In this document: positions 1 through 9,836 of the stretch, piece by piece
How the letters are laid out: each line of letters begins with the position of its first letter
How positions within the stretch are numbered: position 1 is the first letter of the stretch
Position numbers and translations under genes: made by a program
Notes under the pieces: generated by a model
Told to the model about the DNA's origin: nothing
Database searches by the model: none
Seen by the model: the letters and a program-made list of their open reading frames with translations, nothing else
NCBI GenBank assembly: GCA_965260965.1
Contig: CBDHCA010000003.1
Span: forward strand, 781,533 to 845,532
DNA: 64,000 nucleotides
Source: Sphingomonas sp.
Lineage (GTDB): Bacteria; Pseudomonadota; Alphaproteobacteria; Sphingomonadales; Sphingomonadaceae
Direction: 5' to 3'

Positions 1-237
1 AATAGCGGCGAGGCGATGGTGCCTGCGCTGGTCGCGGGGTTGGGTATAGCGCGGTTACCGGGTTTTATCATCAGTGAGCATCTGAAGTCCGGGGCGCTTG
101 TCACGATTCTCGAGGACTGGACCCCGCCGCCGGTCGGACTTCATCTGATGACACCGCCAAGCCCGTTGCGCCCGGCCCGGGTCGAGGCACTGATCACGTT
201 TCTGGCCGATTCACTGTCGGAGCCGACCGGAGGTTGA
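1..237 (+). CDS. LysR-family transcriptional regulator, C-terminal part (partial, runs off window start)
   Basis: Frame 1 is open from position 1. AMVPALVAGLGIARLPGFII...LVTILEDWTPPPVGLHLMTP...ARVEALITFL is typical of a LysR substrate-binding domain end. Confidence 0.85.
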   Translation, partial: NSGEAMVPALVAGLGIARLPGFIISEHLKSGALVTILEDWTPPPVGLHLMTPPSPLRPARVEALITFLADSLSEPTGG

Positions 238-282
238 GGCTGCTTTTCGTCGGTGTCGTGATCTGCCAAACTGACTCCTGAC

Positions 283-1374
283 ATGAACCGTCTTGCCCCT
301 GACGCCGAGGATGCGCGCTTCATTCGCCGCGTTCTGATCCTGATCGTGATCGCAGCAGTGACGGTTTCGCTGTACTGGGCGGGAGATCTGCTGATCCTGG
401 CCTTCGGCTCAATGCTGGGTGCGATCGCCATTCATGCGATCGCCGACCAGTATCAGCATCGTCTGCATGTGCCGGAAAAGGTTGCGCTTGGACTATCCAT
501 CGTATCCGTGTTCGCGCTGCTGGGACTTCTGGGCTGGATGTTCGGCGTCCAGTTCCGCGAACAGGTCAACTTGCTTGTCCTCCGGCTGCCCGGATTGATC
601 GATCAGTTTGCGACCTATCTCTCGCAGTCGCCGGTCGGCGCCAAGATCGTCGACGCTGTCCGCGTCGCTTTCGCCGGCAGCCGCGTGGCGCGTGACGTGG
701 GCGGTCTGGTAATTGGAGCGGGAGAGTTGATGCTTAACTGTCTGCTGCTGCTGATCGGGGCGATCTTTTTCGCGGTCGACCCGAAGGTCTACGAACGCGG
801 CTTCTTGTTCCTAATCCCTCTGTCCAAGCGTCATGCTGCCGAGGACGCGCTGTTCGATGTCGGGCAGACGCTTCGGCTATGGCTGCGCGCGCAGCTAATT
901 CAGATGACAACGATGGGATTGCTTGTCGGGATCGGGCTGTGGCTGGCGGGAGTGCCCTCCGCGCCGGCGCTGGGTCTGCTGACGGGGCTGAGCGAGTTCG
1001 TGCCCTATATCGGCCCGTTCGCCGCGATGGCGCCTGCACTGGGTCTCGCTGCCACGAAAGGGACCAACGAAATCATCGGTGCGCTGATCGTCTTCGCTGT
1101 CGTGCGCGTGATCCAGACGAACTTCATCACGCCGTTTGTGACCGAGCGGGTGGTCTCGATCCCGCCGGCGGTCACGCTCTTCACGATCCTGGGGGTCGGT
1201 CAGGTGTTCGGCATCTTCGGTCTGTTCTTTTCGGCTGCACTGCTGGTCGTGATCTACACCTTGGTTCGCAGCCTGTATCTGCGCGAGGTTCTGGGGGAGG
1301 ACGTACCGCGCACGAAGCATCATACGCTGCTTGGATCCGACGATACGATCCGCCCCGGCGATTCATCGCATTAA
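283..1374 (+). CDS. AI-2E (UPF0118/PerM) family membrane transporter
   Basis: 363 aa with multiple hydrophobic segments and the family motifs LRLWLRAQL, FVPYIGP and NFITP. Confidence 0.9.
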   Translation: MNRLAPDAEDARFIRRVLILIVIAAVTVSLYWAGDLLILAFGSMLGAIAIHAIADQYQHRLHVPEKVALGLSIVSVFALLGLLGWMFGVQFREQVNLLVLRLPGLIDQFATYLSQSPVGAKIVDAVRVAFAGSRVARDVGGLVIGAGELMLNCLLLLIGAIFFAVDPKVYERGFLFLIPLSKRHAAEDALFDVGQTLRLWLRAQLIQMTTMGLLVGIGLWLAGVPSAPALGLLTGLSEFVPYIGPFAAMAPALGLAATKGTNEIIGALIVFAVVRVIQTNFITPFVTERVVSIPPAVTLFTILGVGQVFGIFGLFFSAALLVVIYTLVRSLYLREVLGEDVPRTKHHTLLGSDDTIRPGDSSH

Positions 1375-1386
1375 TACAGAATTAAC
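1371..1386 (+). promoter_or_regulatory. CtrA-binding box upstream of ctrA (autoregulatory)
   Basis: TTAA-tacagaa-TTAAC is a perfect TTAA-N7-TTAAC. A second partial site, TTAAC at 1411, and a GANTC (GATTC, 1360-1364) lie nearby. Confidence 0.75.
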
Positions 1387-1474
1387 CTTTTGCGTTCAGA
1401 CAGCGGGTGGTTAACGTACCATTCGGAAGGCACGCGGTCAGGGGATGCGCGCTTGCCAAACGGGGGAAGTCAAG

Positions 1475-2176
1475 ATGCGGGTGTTGCTGATCGAAGACGA
1501 GCCGACGACTGCCAGGGCAATCGAGTTGATGCTGACGACTGAAGGCTTCAACGTGTACAATACCGATCTCGGTGAGGAGGGTCTCGATCTGGGCAAGTTG
1601 TACGATTACGACATCATCCTGCTCGATCTGAACCTGCCCGACATGCACGGCTATGACGTCCTGAAGAAGCTGCGCGTGGCGCGGGTATCGACGCCGGTGC
1701 TGATCCTTTCAGGCATGAACGAGATGGACAGCAAGGTCCGTTCCTTCGGCTTCGGCGCGGACGATTATGTTACCAAGCCCTTCCACCGCGAGGAGCTTGT
1801 CGCGCGTATCCAGGCGGTCGTGCGACGCTCCAAGGGCCATTCGCAGTCGATCATCCGTACCGGCAAGCTGGCGGTGAACCTGGACGCCAAGACCGTCGAT
1901 GTCGATGGCGCGCGCGTGCACCTAACCGGCAAGGAATATGCGATGCTGGAGCTCTTGTCGCTGCGCAAGGGCACCACGCTGACCAAGGAAATGTTCCTCA
2001 ATCACCTCTATGGCGGCATGGACGAGCCGGAACTCAAGATCATCGACGTGTTCATCTGCAAGCTGCGCAAGAAGCTCAGCTCCGCGTGCGGCGGCGACAA
2101 CTATATCGAGACAGTCTGGGGTCGCGGCTACGTGCTTCGTGAACCCGATGAGATGGTTACGTCGCAGGTCGCCTGA
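1475..2176 (+). CDS. ctrA: Cell-cycle master response regulator CtrA
   Basis: [11 protein letters not shown]...[17 protein letters not shown]...[11 protein letters not shown]...[13 protein letters not shown]...[13 protein letters not shown] at 1475. Confidence 0.97.
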   Translation: MRVLLIEDEPTTARAIELMLTTEGFNVYNTDLGEEGLDLGKLYDYDIILLDLNLPDMHGYDVLKKLRVARVSTPVLILSGMNEMDSKVRSFGFGADDYVTKPFHREELVARIQAVVRRSKGHSQSIIRTGKLAVNLDAKTVDVDGARVHLTGKEYAMLELLSLRKGTTLTKEMFLNHLYGGMDEPELKIIDVFICKLRKKLSSACGGDNYIETVWGRGYVLREPDEMVTSQVA

Positions 2177-2202
2177 CGTCTTCCCGACCGAACCGGGATA
2201 GG

Positions 2203-2234
2203 GGCCGCGGTGCCGGGGGGCGCCGCGGCCTTTT
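2203..2234 (+). terminator. Rho-independent terminator after ctrA
   Basis: GGCCGCGGTGCC/GGCGCCGCGGCC stem followed by TTTT. Confidence 0.65.
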
Positions 2235-2287
2235 ATCGGTGCATCGGCGCGGTTTTACCGATCGATTTACTCCGCTATGTCTGGGTC

Positions 2288-2800
2288 ATGCATGAATTTG
2301 AACTCATGGCAGGCGGCAAGGGGGAACTTTATCGTGATCTGGCTGTGGCCTTGGGCGCGCTGATGGCGGGCGAGGACGATGCGGTCGCGACCATGGCCAA
2401 TGCCGCGGCGTTGATCTGGCAATATCTGCCGGACCTGAACTGGGCAGGATTTTACCGGATGGTCGGGGGCGAGCTCGTGCTCGGCCCCTTCCAAGGTAAG
2501 GTTGCCTGCGTCCGCATTGCGGAGGGGCGGGGTGTCTGCGGGACGGCGGCGAAGACCCGCGAAACTCAGATCGTGCCTGACGTTCATGTCTTCCGGGGCC
2601 ATATCGCATGCGACGCGGCCAGCCGATCGGAACTCGTTGTGCCGATCGTTTACGAGGGCGCTGTGCTGGGCGTGCTTGACCTGGACAGCCCGCTGCCCAA
2701 CCGTTTCGACTCTGAAGATGCGCTGGGTTGCGAAGCGCTGGCGGAGATGCTCGCGCCGACCTTGGCAAATGCTGTATCAGCGTCAGCTGCTCGGGAATGA
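2288..2800 (+). CDS. GAF-domain protein, free methionine-R-sulfoxide reductase (fRMsr/MsrC-like)
   Basis: ANAAALIWQYLPDLNWAGFY, LGPFQGKVAC, GRGVCG, HIACDAASRSELVVP and LDLDSP. Start 2288 is inferred. Confidence 0.88.
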   Translation: MHEFELMAGGKGELYRDLAVALGALMAGEDDAVATMANAAALIWQYLPDLNWAGFYRMVGGELVLGPFQGKVACVRIAEGRGVCGTAAKTRETQIVPDVHVFRGHIACDAASRSELVVPIVYEGAVLGVLDLDSPLPNRFDSEDALGCEALAEMLAPTLANAVSASAARE

Positions 2801-2865
2801 GGGCGCCCGGGGCATCGGCCAAGGTGCAACGCCATCGCGCTTGCTTTTCGGCATCGGACTCAAAC

Positions 2866-2902
2866 GAAAATCGCCTGGAAATACAATTTCCAGGCGATTT
2901 TC
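2866..2902. terminator. Bidirectional terminator hairpin between convergent GAF gene and rpmA
   Basis: Perfect 17-bp inverted repeat GAAAATCGCCTGGAAAT-aca-ATTTCCAGGCGATTTTC. Confidence 0.75.
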
Positions 2903-2935
2903 TTGTTTTCAGGCGCTATCGGATCAGCGCCGCGG

Positions 2936-3205
2936 TTATTCCGCGGCGTCCGCCAACGGCTCCACCGAGCAGAACTTACGCCCCTGCCGTCCTTCGCGGA
3001 AGCTGACGCGGCCGTCGGTCAGCGCGAACAGCGTGTGATCCTTGCCGATACCGACATTGGTGCCCGGATAGAATTTGGTCCCGCGTTGGCGCACCAGGAT
3101 GTTGCCGGCAATCGCTGCCTGGCCGCCGAACATCTTGACGCCCAGTCGTCGCCCTGCCGAATCGCGTCCATTACGTGACGACCCGCCTGCCTTCTTATGT
3201 GCCAT
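2936..3205 (-). CDS. rpmA: 50S ribosomal protein L27
   Basis: [24 protein letters not shown]. Confidence 0.98.
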   Translation of the reverse strand: MAHKKAGGSSRNGRDSAGRRLGVKMFGGQAAIAGNILVRQRGTKFYPGTNVGIGKDHTLFALTDGRVSFREGRQGRKFCSVEPLADAAE

Positions 3206-3218
3206 TCCCTGTAGTTCC

Positions 3219-3560
3219 TTACGCCTGCACGACCTGAGCGTCGGCGCTCGAGTCCTGAGTTTCGCCACCAACCGACACGATCTTCAGAATCGTGTGAAGC
3301 TGCCGGTGACCATTGCGACGGCGATAATTGTGGCGACGCCGCTTCTTGAAGACGATCACCTTCTCCGCCTTCGCCTGCGCGATGATCTCCGCCCCGACCG
3401 TCAGCCCTTCGACCGAACGCAGGTCCGACCCTTCCCCCGCAAGCAGGATATCGCCAAGCGTTATCGAGTCACCCTCGTCGCCCTCTATCTTCTCGACGAC
3501 GATCTTGTCTCCGGCGGCGACGCGGTACTGCTTTCCGCCCGTGCGCACGATTGCGAACAT
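3219..3560 (-). CDS. rplU: 50S ribosomal protein L21
   Basis: [14 protein letters not shown]...[21 protein letters not shown]. Confidence 0.98.
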   Translation of the reverse strand: MFAIVRTGGKQYRVAAGDKIVVEKIEGDEGDSITLGDILLAGEGSDLRSVEGLTVGAEIIAQAKAEKVIVFKKRRRHNYRRRNGHRQLHTILKIVSVGGETQDSSADAQVVQA

Positions 3561-3663
3561 GGAATCTTCTTTCGGCAATGAATTTGTCCCGCGCGAGGCG
3601 AACTCCGGCGGCAAGAGCATGTCCGCTATGCGACGCTCGTGATTCTGTCAACCGCCCGGAAGA

Positions 3664-4053
3664 TCAATGGCGATGTTCGCGCCGCAGCGAATAGCGGCCA
3701 TCGGCATAGTCATTGAACAGTCCGGCGATACCGGGATGGTCGACCGGTTCGTTACTATCGTCGGGAACCAGATTCTGCTGGCTGACATAGGCGACATAGC
3801 TGGAGTCCATGTTCTCTGCGAGAAGATGGTAGAAGGGCTGATCCTTGCGCGGTCGAAGACTCTCGGGAATGGCGTCATACCACTCCTCGCTGTTGGCGAA
3901 GACAGGATCGACGTCGAAGATCACGCCCCGGAAGTCGAACATCCGGTGCCGAACGACATCACCGATCGAAAAATGGGCATGCGCGACCGGTGGTGCATCA
4001 GGACCGGACGGAGAAACCGACTGCGGAATATCGTGACGAGGCATGTGTTTCAT
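3664..4053 (-). CDS. hspQ: Heat shock protein HspQ (YccV-like)
   Basis: FSIGDVVRHRMFDFRGVIFDVDPVFANSEEWY...DQPFYHLLAEN...YVSQQNL. Confidence 0.9.
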   Translation of the reverse strand: MKHMPRHDIPQSVSPSGPDAPPVAHAHFSIGDVVRHRMFDFRGVIFDVDPVFANSEEWYDAIPESLRPRKDQPFYHLLAENMDSSYVAYVSQQNLVPDDSNEPVDHPGIAGLFNDYADGRYSLRREHRH

Positions 4054-4170
4054 CTAATGGCTTTGACGCGACGCACAAGCGCCGCGGCGCTTGTGCTGTC
4101 ACTGGCTTTACGTTAGACGCCCGCGTTCGACCCGCCGGAGCGTTGTTCAGGGGCGCAGAAGAGACCTCGC

Positions 4171-4260
<90 letters not shown>

Positions 4261-4356
4261 CCTGCCGCCGTGTCCCGCCATTTCCCACTCATGGCCAGCA
4301 GCAACTGTGTCAACGCAGCAGGCGCTACGATGTCATTCGATTAATCACTAAGGAAA

Positions 4357-6261
4357 GTGGAACTGCGCGACCAGGCCCTCCTCGACCGATACCAGAGCGA
4401 GATATTCCGCCTCCCCATCGACCGCCAGCTGGTGACCCTTGGAAGTCCAGGCACAGGCAAGACCACAACCCTTATCAGACGACTCGGGCAGAAACTCAAT
4501 TACATGGAACTGCCGGACGAAGAGAAGGCCACGATTGACGCTACCGCATCGGTTGTGCCGCACGCCAGCAGTTGGATCATGTTCACGCCGACTGACCTGT
4601 TGCGCTCCTATCTAAAGGAAGCGTTCGGCCGCGAAAACGTGCCGGCCAGCGACAATGTCGTCCGGACTTGGACCGTTCATCGACACGATCTCGCGCGCAA
4701 CAGCTTCGCGCTTTTGAGGACCAGCGGCGGCAGTGGTGGTCGCTTTATCGCGCGCGAGAACGCTGGCACGCTTCTGCCTGACGCGGCCGATCAGATCGCT
4801 TGGTTCGAAGACTTCGAGACATGGCAGGCCGTAGCGTTTTGGGCCGACCTGTCGACCGCCGCAGACCTACTAGCCGAGGCGACCGTCAGTAGCGTCTCGT
4901 CAATCGGGGGCAGGTTGAAGACCACTCTCGGCCGCACCGCGACAATCGACACACCCTCGACGATCATCGAATTAGTCGGCTTAGGTGTCGAAATCCGGAT
5001 ATTGATTGAGCAGCTCAACAACGAGATCAACGAGGCTTATAAACGCGCGCTCACCGCACAGATGCGCGCTGATCCCCAGTTCTTCGCCAAGCTAGCGGCA
5101 TTCATAGACGGTCTGGGCGAAGTCGGTGATCAGATCGACGATACCGACGATACCGACGATACCGACGACGGTGACGAAGACGAGGGAGAACCCGCACGGT
5201 CCGTCAGCGGCCCGGCGGCAGCGCGAAAGGCCTTCAACGACGCGCTGCGCAGGCAGGCCCGCCAGCACGTCACCCGCCGTCGGCCGGGACGGAGCGTGGC
5301 AGCACGGGTGCTCGAATGGCTCGGGGAACGCGGCTTTGCCGAGGCCGAGCGCGAGACCGTGGGACGCAGCTTGCTTCTGCTCCAGGCCTTGCGCCGGTTC
5401 TCGAACCCGGTGCTCGCTCTCGTGCGCGGCGTGGTCCCGCGATACGCCGGCTTCCGCCGAATCCGTCGCTCGGAGAATCGATGGTATACCGGGGCTGGCG
5501 CCGGCCGTCTGGCAGACGACTTCGAGATCGACATAATCCTGCTGGCGACTTTTCGCGCCGCCAATGGCCTGCTCGCCGGCGCGCGTATCGCACGAGCATC
5601 CGACCAATCCCCCTATGCAGCGCTCGCGCCAGTTCTAGGCGCGCAGCGCAACCAGATCCTCGTCGATGAAGCGACCGACTTCTCGCCCGTGCAGCTCAGC
5701 TGTATGCGTGCGCTCGCCTCGTACCGCACGAACTCGTTCTTCGCGTGCGGCGATTTCGATCAGCGAATCACTCCATGGGGCAGCAAGCATCGATCTGACC
5801 TTGAGTGGGTCAGCCCTGGCATCGAGATAAAGCCCGTGTCGATCTCGTATCGGCAGAGCCGCCAGCTGTTCGACTTTGCCCGCGCCCTCGCGGCGCTGCT
5901 CGAAACCCACGGCGAGATCGAGCTTCCTTCCGAAATGAACAACGACCCCTTCGATCCGATCCTGCTGCTCGACACACCAGACCCGGATGACGTCGCCGCT
6001 TGGCTGTTTGCGCGGATCGCCGAGATCGAGGGCGCGATGAAGGGGGAACCTTTGCCCACCGTTGCGGTGCTCGTGCAAGAGGAAGCAGTCGTTTGCCCGA
6101 TGACCAACGCTCTGAACCGCGCCTTCGCCGACACGAACCTGCGCGCCATTGCGTGTGTCGATGGTCGGCCGGCTCGAGACGCTCGGGGAACTCCTGTCGA
6201 CGGACTGGAAGCCAAGCTAGAGCATGACCGGATCACGCTGAAGCGTATCCCGAGTTGGTGA
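4357..6261 (+). pseudogene. Truncated superfamily-1 (UvrD/HelD-like) helicase/ATPase
   Basis: Walker A GSPGTGKT near the N-terminus, Walker B ILVDEATDFS, motif III ACGDFDQRI and SYRQSRQL. No C-terminal motifs V/VI are visible. The last ~15 codons are read through the IS630 end at 6217. Confidence 0.7.
5137..5169 (+). repeat. 9-bp tandem repeat (GACGATACC)x3 plus a partial copy, encoding an acidic DDT linker
   Basis: Read directly from the sequence. Translates as DDTDDTDDTDD. Confidence 0.9.
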
Positions 6262-6262
6262 A

Positions 6263-8671
6263 TGTGTTTCGGTTTGAGATTGGGACCACCTGACCCGGTA
6301 ATCGGCACCTAAACGGGGACCACCCTCCGGGTCATTTATATTCGCCTGTTGTGTTGGCTGGCGACGGGGTGGAGATGACGACCGTGGAGACGATAGGACG
6401 GATCAGGCGCGCGCATTTCGTGCAGAAGCTGTCGGTGCGGGAGATCGCGCGTCGGCTGCATGTGTCGCGCAAGACGGTGCGCAAGGCGATCGAGACCGAG
6501 GAGCCCGTGTTCACCTACATGCGGGTTGCGGAGACCAAGCCGAAGCTGGGCGGCCATGTGGCCGCGCTGGAGCAGATGTTGGCGGAGAACGAGCGCAAGC
6601 CGCGCCGCGAGCGTCTGACGCTGATCAGGTTATACGAGGTGCTGCGCGGGCTCGGATTTGAGGGCGGCTATGATGCCGTTCGCCGCCATGCCCGTCGCTG
6701 GCAGCGCGAGGAAGCGGGGCGGACGGCAACTGCGTTCGTGCCGCTGAGTTTTGATCCCGGCGAGGCGTACCAGTTCGACTGGAGCCACGAGGTGGTCGTC
6801 ATGGCGGGCGTGACGACGACGGTGAAGGAGTGGGACCGCCGATCATCCCCCGGATGATCGGGACGATGCTCCGGGGGAGCATTGTCATGGCCCCACTCAC
6901 GTCAGGCTTTCCCACAGCCGGATGTTCTTCATGGCGGCCTATCCGCGCGAGACGCAGGAGATGGTGTTCGATGCGCATGCACGAGCGTTCGCCTTCTTCG
7001 GCGGGGTCTGCACGCGCGGTATCTACGACAACATGTCGACGGCGGTGGCCGCGGTGTTCCTCGGCCCATCCCATCGCGCAAGCGCGATGGGGGACCCTCG
7101 GCAAGGAGCGCCGGTTCAACCGTCGGTTCTGCGCAGATGTGCAGCCATTATCTCGTCGAGCCGACCGCCTGCACGCCGGCCGCGGGCTGGGAGAAGGGAC
7201 AGGTCGAGAACCAGGTCGGTCTGGTGCGCGAGCGCTTCTTCACGCCGCGGCTGCGCTTTGCGAGCTACGAGGAGCTGAACGCGTGGCTGCTCGATCGCTG
7301 CATCGAACACGCCGGTGCCCATCGTCATCCCGAGCTGCGCGAGCGGAGCGTCGCCGACGTGTTCGACGACGAGAAGGCGTCGCTGATGCGGCTGCCGACG
7401 ACCGTCTTCAACGGCTTCCATGCGCTGACCGCGACCGTCTCCAAGACGCTGCTCGTACGGTTCGATTACAACAAGTACTCGGTCGCGGCCCGTGCACTGG
7501 GTCGCCCGGCGGAGGTCCACGCTTATGCCGACCGGATCGTCATCCGCCAATGCCACCCCATGCGGCGAGCCGCATGGGGACCCCGGTGCGCGACGATATC
7601 GTTGCCGAGCATGCGCGGCGCTATGGTCGCGATCAGACGATCTACGACCCGTGGCATTACGTGCCGGTGCTGGCGAAGAAGCCGGGCGCGCTGAGGAACG
7701 GCGCGCCTTTCAAGCAGCTTGCGCTGCCGCCGGGACTGGAGCGTCTGCGCGGCCGCCTGAAGGAGATCGGCGATGGCGACCGTCAGATCGGCATGATGAT
7801 GGAGCGTCACCAGATCCTGGAGCTGATGGGCGACCTGAAGCTCGCCGGTATGCGCCATGCCTATGACGAGGTGATCGCCGATGCGATCAAGCGTCAGTAT
7901 CCCGTCCAGCACGTCGTCGTCGATCTGCTGCAGGCCGAGATCGCCGATAAGCATGCTCGCTCGATCAAGTACCAGATGACGCCCGCGAGCGGACGCGAGC
8001 AAAAGCTCGCTTGGGTGCCAAGCTGCCGCTCGCCAAGGAGATCGCAGACTTCGAGTTCGCAGGCACGCCGATCAACGAAGCGCTGGTCCGCGATCTCGCC
8101 ACCGGGGCGTTCATTGCCAACCAGCGCAATGTCGTGCTGGTCGGCGGTACGGGTTCGGGCAAGACGCATCTGAGTATCGCCATCGCGCGCAGCTGCATCC
8201 GCACCGGTGCCCGCGTTCGCTTCCACAACACGACCGATCTGGTGAACCGGCTTGAGATGGAGGTCCTCCAAGGCCGCACCGGCAAGCTCGCCGAGCATCT
8301 GTCGCGGCTCGACCTACTGATCCTTGACGAGCTGGGCTATCTGCCGTTCGCGCGCGCTGGCGGGCAGCTGCTGTTCCACCTCGTCAGCCGGCTCTACGAA
8401 CACACCTCGGTCATCGTCACCACCAACCTGGCGTTCGGCGAATGGCCCACCGTGTTCGGTGATGCCAAGATGACCACGGCGCTGCTCGATCGGCTCACCC
8501 ATCACTGCGACATCGTCGAGACAGGCAACGAGAGCTGGCGGTTGGGGCAATGTCGTTCTGGGGAATGTCGGCTCCGGGCTACGCCCTCCACCGACATCCC
8601 CCAGAACGACGGCGAAAGGGTGGTACCCTTTTATGTGCCGATCCCCGTCCCCGTTCCTGCGCCGATTGACA
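6263..8671 (+). mobile_element. IS21-family insertion sequence (degenerate istA/istB)
   Basis: TG...CA ends, and subterminal repeats ATCGGCACCTAAACGGGGACCACCC versus the reverse complement ATCGGCACATAAAAGGGTACCACCC. Flanked by GGTGA direct repeats at 6257-6261 and 8672-8676. Confidence 0.88.
6375..7792 (+). pseudogene. istA: IS21 transposase IstA, multiply frameshifted and C-terminally shortened
   Basis: Fragments in different frames: VETIGRIRRAHFVQKLSVREIARRL, EAYQFDWSH, YPRETQEMVFDAH, GWEKGQVENQVG and DPWHYVPVLAKKPGALRNGAPF. Confidence 0.88.
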
Positions 8672-8676
8672 GGTGA
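7793..8676 (+). pseudogene. istB: IS21 helper AAA+ ATPase IstB, frameshifted
   Basis: MERHQILELMGDLKLAGMR in one frame. After ~8016 another frame carries [26 protein letters not shown] and [12 protein letters not shown]. Confidence 0.9.
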
Positions 8677-9587
8677 GGTAGTTGCCGCATTCATGGGGTG
8701 TGAAGTGATCGAGGAGGGATCTGATCCTCTTCCACGTTGCCTCGACCGATCGCTCGTCGGCTTTTCGTAGCAAGGTTTTCAACTTGGAGAACATCTGCTC
8801 GATGGGATTGAGGTCGGGGCTGTAGGGCGGCAGGAACACGAGGTGTGCGCCGGCCTTGCGGATGGCATGGCGAACGGCCTTGCCTTTATGGCTGCCCAGG
8901 TTGTCGAGAACGACGACATCGCCAGGTGCCAGCGTCGGGAGCAACGCTTGCTCGACATAGGCCTTGAACGTTTCGCCGTTGATCGGCTGGTCGAGCACGA
9001 TTGGGGCGGTGATCCGGTCGTGCCGCAGGGCTGCGATGAAGGTCAGCGTGCGCCAGCGGCCGTGCGGCACTTTGGCCAGCAGCCGCTCGCCGCGCGGGCT
9101 TCTGCCGTGAGTCCGCGTCATGTTCGTCTTGGCCCAGGTCTCGTCAATAAAGACGAGGCGGCGCGGATCGAGCTTATGCTGGTGGCGCCTCCAGCGTTCG
9201 CGTTTGCGAGCCACGTCCGGTCGATCCTGCTCGGCTGCGTGCAGGCTTTTTGAACGTTATTTCCGCACGCTTGTAGAACCGCCAGACCGCATCATAGCTG
9301 ACCCGCACGTCACGTGCCGCCAGTTCGGCGACGATCGCCCGCAGCGTCAGGTCCGGTCTTTCGATGATCCGAGCCAGCAACCATTCGCGCTCGCCGGCAA
9401 GAACACCCCGCCTGCAGCCGCCCATCGGGCGTGCCGAGGCATCGCCGGTCGTGCGGTGCCGCTGCGACCAGCACACCGCCGTCGCCACGCCAACCCCGAA
9501 ACGCTCAGCCGCCGCCCGGCAGGTCGCCCCCGACCCAACAAACCACACAACACGCTCGCGAAGATCCTGAGAATAAGAACGCGCCAT
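8672..9587 (-). pseudogene. IS630 transposase (orfA HTH 9174-9587; orfB DDE 9214 down to the IS21 junction)
   Basis: [33 protein letters not shown] and [19 protein letters not shown]. The C-terminus is cut by IS21. Confidence 0.92.
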
Positions 9588-9836
9588 CGCTGCTGGCCTC
9601 TTGCCCAGCCAGCAGCTTGAATCACAATTCCCGAGAGAACGGAATCCCGAATCCGTCAGGTCCGGTCATGCTCTAGCCGAGACAAGCGGGCCAAGAAGCA
9701 CTATGCATCCGCATTTCCATCTAACCGTAATATGAGTACCGTTCACCGTAGCGATATCCCTTAACTATAGTGCTCATCATCATCGATCGGGCGTGGTCCG
9801 CCATTCACGCCCGTTTCAGCGCGAATCCGACGAGGC

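Larger units (their letters stand above)
6217..9676 (-). mobile_element. IS630-family insertion sequence (about 1.05 kb of its own DNA) interrupted by IS21
   Basis: Perfect 16-bp terminal inverted repeats CTAGAGCATGACCGGA (6217-6232) and TCCGGTCATGCTCTAG (9661-9676). Removing the IS21 restores the transposase end ...ECGNYLT|NSGYASA*. Confidence 0.9.

Noticed and set aside
8552-8610. 20-bp near-perfect hairpin at the istB 3' end
   Set aside because: It lies after the conserved IstB end, next to the IS right end. Such hairpins are common native features of IS21 elements, so it was not counted among the disruptive inserts.
9792-9805. Possible attR duplicate of the tRNA-Ser 3' end
   Set aside because: Only 7 bp (TCCGCCA) match the tRNA itself, and the 12/14 match is to flanking DNA. 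Too weak to call as a feature; mentioned only as supporting context.
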